In this document: in pieces, positions 61,085 to 64,000 of the stretch
Layout: every line of letters starts with the position of its first letter
Numbering within the stretch: position 1 is the first letter of the stretch
Assembly (NCBI GenBank): GCA_963753975.1
Contig: CAVWEH010000002.1
Span: 192,001 to 256,000 of the forward strand
Source: an uncultured delta proteobacterium
Lineage (GTDB): Bacteria > Desulfobacterota > Syntrophia > Syntrophales > Smithellaceae
Reading direction: 5' to 3'
DNA: 64,000 nt
The notes under the pieces: model-generated
Told to the model about the DNA's origin: nothing
Seen by the model: only the letters and a program-made list of their open reading frames with translations
Databases searched by the model: none
Position numbers and translations under genes: made by a program

Positions 61085-61810
61085 CTACAATTGCTCCGCT
61101 ATCAGGCCAAAACGTCTTTCCCGTTTTTGATAACTGGCGATTGCTCTGAAAAGATCATCTTTTGTAAAATCAGGCCAAAGAACATTGGTAAAATAAAGTT
61201 CTGTGTAGGCTATTTGCCAGAGTAAAAAATTACTGATACGATATTCACCGCTGGTACGAATCAATAAGTCGGGATCAGGCATCCCGCAAGTATATAAATA
61301 GTGTGCGAACGTTTCCTTATTAATTTCATTTATATCAAGTTTATCTTTTTTGCTATTTTGGATTATTTTTTTTACGGCGTAGATAATTTCATCCTGACCT
61401 CCGTAACTCAACGCCAAATTTAAAATCATCTCATGATTTTTTGCCGTTTGAGCTTTTGCCTGCAGAAGTTTTTTCTTTAATTCCGGCTGTAAACGATTTA
61501 TTTCACCGATTGTCGTAAGCCTTATTCCCTTTTTTTGCAATTCTTTTGTTTCTTTGGTTAAATATTCATCAAGTAAAGACATTAAAGCTTTTACTTCTTC
61601 TTCCGGACGCCCCCAATTTTCTATGGAAAAGGCAAACAGGGTAAGATACTTTATACCGATTTCACGGCAAGCACGTACTGTTGTCCTGACCGCTTGGGCT
61701 CCTTTTTTATGTCCTCTGATTCTGCCGATTGTATGCTGTTTTGCCCAACGCCCGTTTCCATCCATAATTATAGCTATATGCTGGGGCAGATTATTCCAAT
61801 CAATTTTCAT
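61085..61810 (-). CDS. uppS: Undecaprenyl diphosphate synthase
   Basis: HIAIIMDGNGRWA, FSIENW.RP, DPDLLIRTSGE.RISNFLLWQ. Confidence 0.97.
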   Translation of the reverse strand: MKIDWNNLPQHIAIIMDGNGRWAKQHTIGRIRGHKKGAQAVRTTVRACREIGIKYLTLFAFSIENWGRPEEEVKALMSLLDEYLTKETKELQKKGIRLTTIGEINRLQPELKKKLLQAKAQTAKNHEMILNLALSYGGQDEIIYAVKKIIQNSKKDKLDINEINKETFAHYLYTCGMPDPDLLIRTSGEYRISNFLLWQIAYTELYFTNVLWPDFTKDDLFRAIASYQKRERRFGLIAEQL

Positions 61811-61950
61811 GAATATTCTTCTCCCGGATAATACGCATTTTAACAGACAGATAAGTTCTTTTCAATCGAAGATCTGATTCTCAAAAAGCAGAAATAATTT
61901 TTATTTTTCCTGAATTAAATAAGGATTATGCCGGATACAAAAAACTACAG

Positions 61951-61982
61951 AAAAAAAATGGGGGACTTTAGTCTCCCATTTG
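61951..61982 (-). terminator. Intrinsic terminator after frr
   Basis: Minus strand AAATGGGAGAC-TAAA-GTCCCCCATTT followed by a T run. Confidence 0.75.
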
Positions 61983-62002
61983 TTCATTCTATAAAGCAAA
62001 CT

Positions 62003-62560
62003 TTATAATTCCATAATTTCTTTTTCTTTGGACAAGAGTATTTTATCCGTTTTTTCAATATAGCGATCGGTCAATTTCTGAACTTCTTCCTGCGCACCAA
62101 AAAGCTCGTCTTCCGCCATTTTATTATTTTTTTTGAGGTCTTTTAATTCTTCATTGGCATCTCTACGTGCGTTACGTAATTTGATTTTACCTTCTTCGGC
62201 CATTTTTTTTACGACTTTAACCAACTCTTTACGTCTTTCTTCGGTTAATTGAGGAATAGAAATGCGTATTATTTTACCGTCATTGGCCGGCATTAAACCT
62301 AAATCCGATTTTTGAATCGCTTTCTCGATTGATCCTATTATAGATACATCCCAGGGCGCTATGACAATTAAACGGCTTTCCGGCACGGAAAGCGTGGCCA
62401 CCTGAGCAATGGGAGTAGGAACACCGTAATAATCAACTTTAATTCCATCCAAGAGCGAAACGGATGCCCTTCCTGTCCTTACCCTACCGAAGGACTTATC
62501 TAGACTTGTAATAATCTTTTCCATTTCAGCTTTAAGTTTCTGAAAAATATTTTCATTCAT
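62003..62560 (-). CDS. frr: Ribosome recycling factor
   Basis: [32 protein letters not shown]. Confidence 0.97.
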   Translation of the reverse strand: MNENIFQKLKAEMEKIITSLDKSFGRVRTGRASVSLLDGIKVDYYGVPTPIAQVATLSVPESRLIVIAPWDVSIIGSIEKAIQKSDLGLMPANDGKIIRISIPQLTEERRKELVKVVKKMAEEGKIKLRNARRDANEELKDLKKNNKMAEDELFGAQEEVQKLTDRYIEKTDKILLSKEKEIMEL

Positions 62561-62561
62561 A

Positions 62562-63290
<729 letters not shown>

Positions 63291-63896
63291 TTATTTTTTA
63301 ATTTCCTCTCCCAGCTGAAATCTCGCAAACCTCCGAATAATAATATTCTCGCCCGTTTTGGCAATCATATTATTAACCAGCGTCTCAACATTAATATCCG
63401 TATTTTTTATAAATTTCTGCTCTGTTAAACACACATCTTCATAAAATTTCTTTAATTTCCCCTCTATTATTTTATCCCATATTTTTTCCGGTTTTTTTTC
63501 CTCGCGTAACTGACTACGGTATATTTCCTTTTCTCTATTTAAAGCCTCCGGCGGAATTTGATCCGGCCGAAGATAAAGAGGATTAGACGCAGCGATATGC
63601 ATAGCAATATCTTTGGCCATTGCCTGAAAATCCGCAGTTTTAGCCACAAAATCTGTTTCGCAATTTATCTCCACCATAACACCGATTCTACCGCCCATAT
63701 GAATATATGAAGCTACAGCACCATCCTTGGCCGTTTTCGAAGATCTTTTTGTTGCCGCCGACAATCCCTTTTTCCTTAAAATATCAATAGCCTTTTCAAA
63801 ATCACCACCTGCTGCCGTTAAGGCCTCTTTGCAATCCATCATGCCGGTGCCTGTTTTTTCTCTCAATTCTTTAACCATTGCTGACGATATTTCCAA
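63291..63896 (-). CDS. tsf: Elongation factor Ts (short form)
   Basis: VKELREKTG.GMMDCK.AL, EINCETDFVA, GENI.IRRF.RF; TTG start after a GGAGG RBS. Confidence 0.97.
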   Translation of the reverse strand: MEISSAMVKELREKTGTGMMDCKEALTAAGGDFEKAIDILRKKGLSAATKRSSKTAKDGAVASYIHMGGRIGVMVEINCETDFVAKTADFQAMAKDIAMHIAASNPLYLRPDQIPPEALNREKEIYRSQLREEKKPEKIWDKIIEGKLKKFYEDVCLTEQKFIKNTDINVETLVNNMIAKTGENIIIRRFARFQLGEEIKK

Positions 63897-63938
63897 TTTC
63901 TTCCCCTCCTTAATATTTTTCAACAAAAACGCGTCTAA

Positions 63939-64000
63939 TTATTTATATGACTTAGAACTATATTCTTCTGTGTCCTCGGTCTTTCCTTCCATTTCTACGC
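63939..64000 (-). CDS. 3' end of an upstream gene, probably ribosomal protein S2 (partial)
   Basis: Acidic tail VEMEGKTEDTEEYSSKSYK*; identity inferred only from the conserved rpsB-tsf gene order. Confidence 0.5.
   Translation of the reverse strand, partial: VEMEGKTEDTEEYSSKSYK

Noticed and set aside
457..61877. Numerous 60-180 aa antisense or alternate-frame ORFs inside recognised genes (e.g. 4837-5280, 16498-16986, 56406-56942)
   Set aside because: Shadow ORFs with no recognisable motifs, overlapping well-supported genes

Overview
A 64 kb AT-rich chromosomal segment whose gene content and order suggest an anaerobic deltaproteobacterium of the Syntrophales (Smithella/Syntrophus-like; inferred). 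The backbone is housekeeping: dnaE, cbpA/dnaJ-like, iorAB, apgM, hom, recG, purM/purN, pfk, rpmB, recJ, pilT, pilRS, comEC, hisS-aspS, a Re-citrate-synthase-like gene, pcrA/uvrD, adk and the rpsB(tail)-tsf-pyrH-frr-uppS-cdsA-dxr-rseP-tsaB cluster. Several essential genes carry single-base frameshifts that are probably assembly errors. The unusual items are: (1) a Phe-rich leader peptide with a terminator/antiterminator ahead of a LIV-type ABC transporter, acyl-CoA ligase and phenylacetate-CoA-ligase-like gene run, suggesting Phe-sensed arylacetate salvage; (2) a three-cassette integron-type array with attC sites but no integrase in the window, bracketed by inverted MITE-like arms and lying inside that gene run, plus further dispersed attC-bearing genes and a recurring attI-like motif; (3) a coupled DUF5343-like plus HEPN gene pair next to a patatin (CapV-like) remnant, a candidate defence module; (4) an unannotated UGA-readthrough selenoprotein inside a small island bounded by a duplicated gene 3' end; (5) several families of palindromic REP/MITE-like elements, often overlapping stop codons. 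No tRNA, rRNA or CRISPR array was recognised. All family assignments are by motif recognition, not database search.
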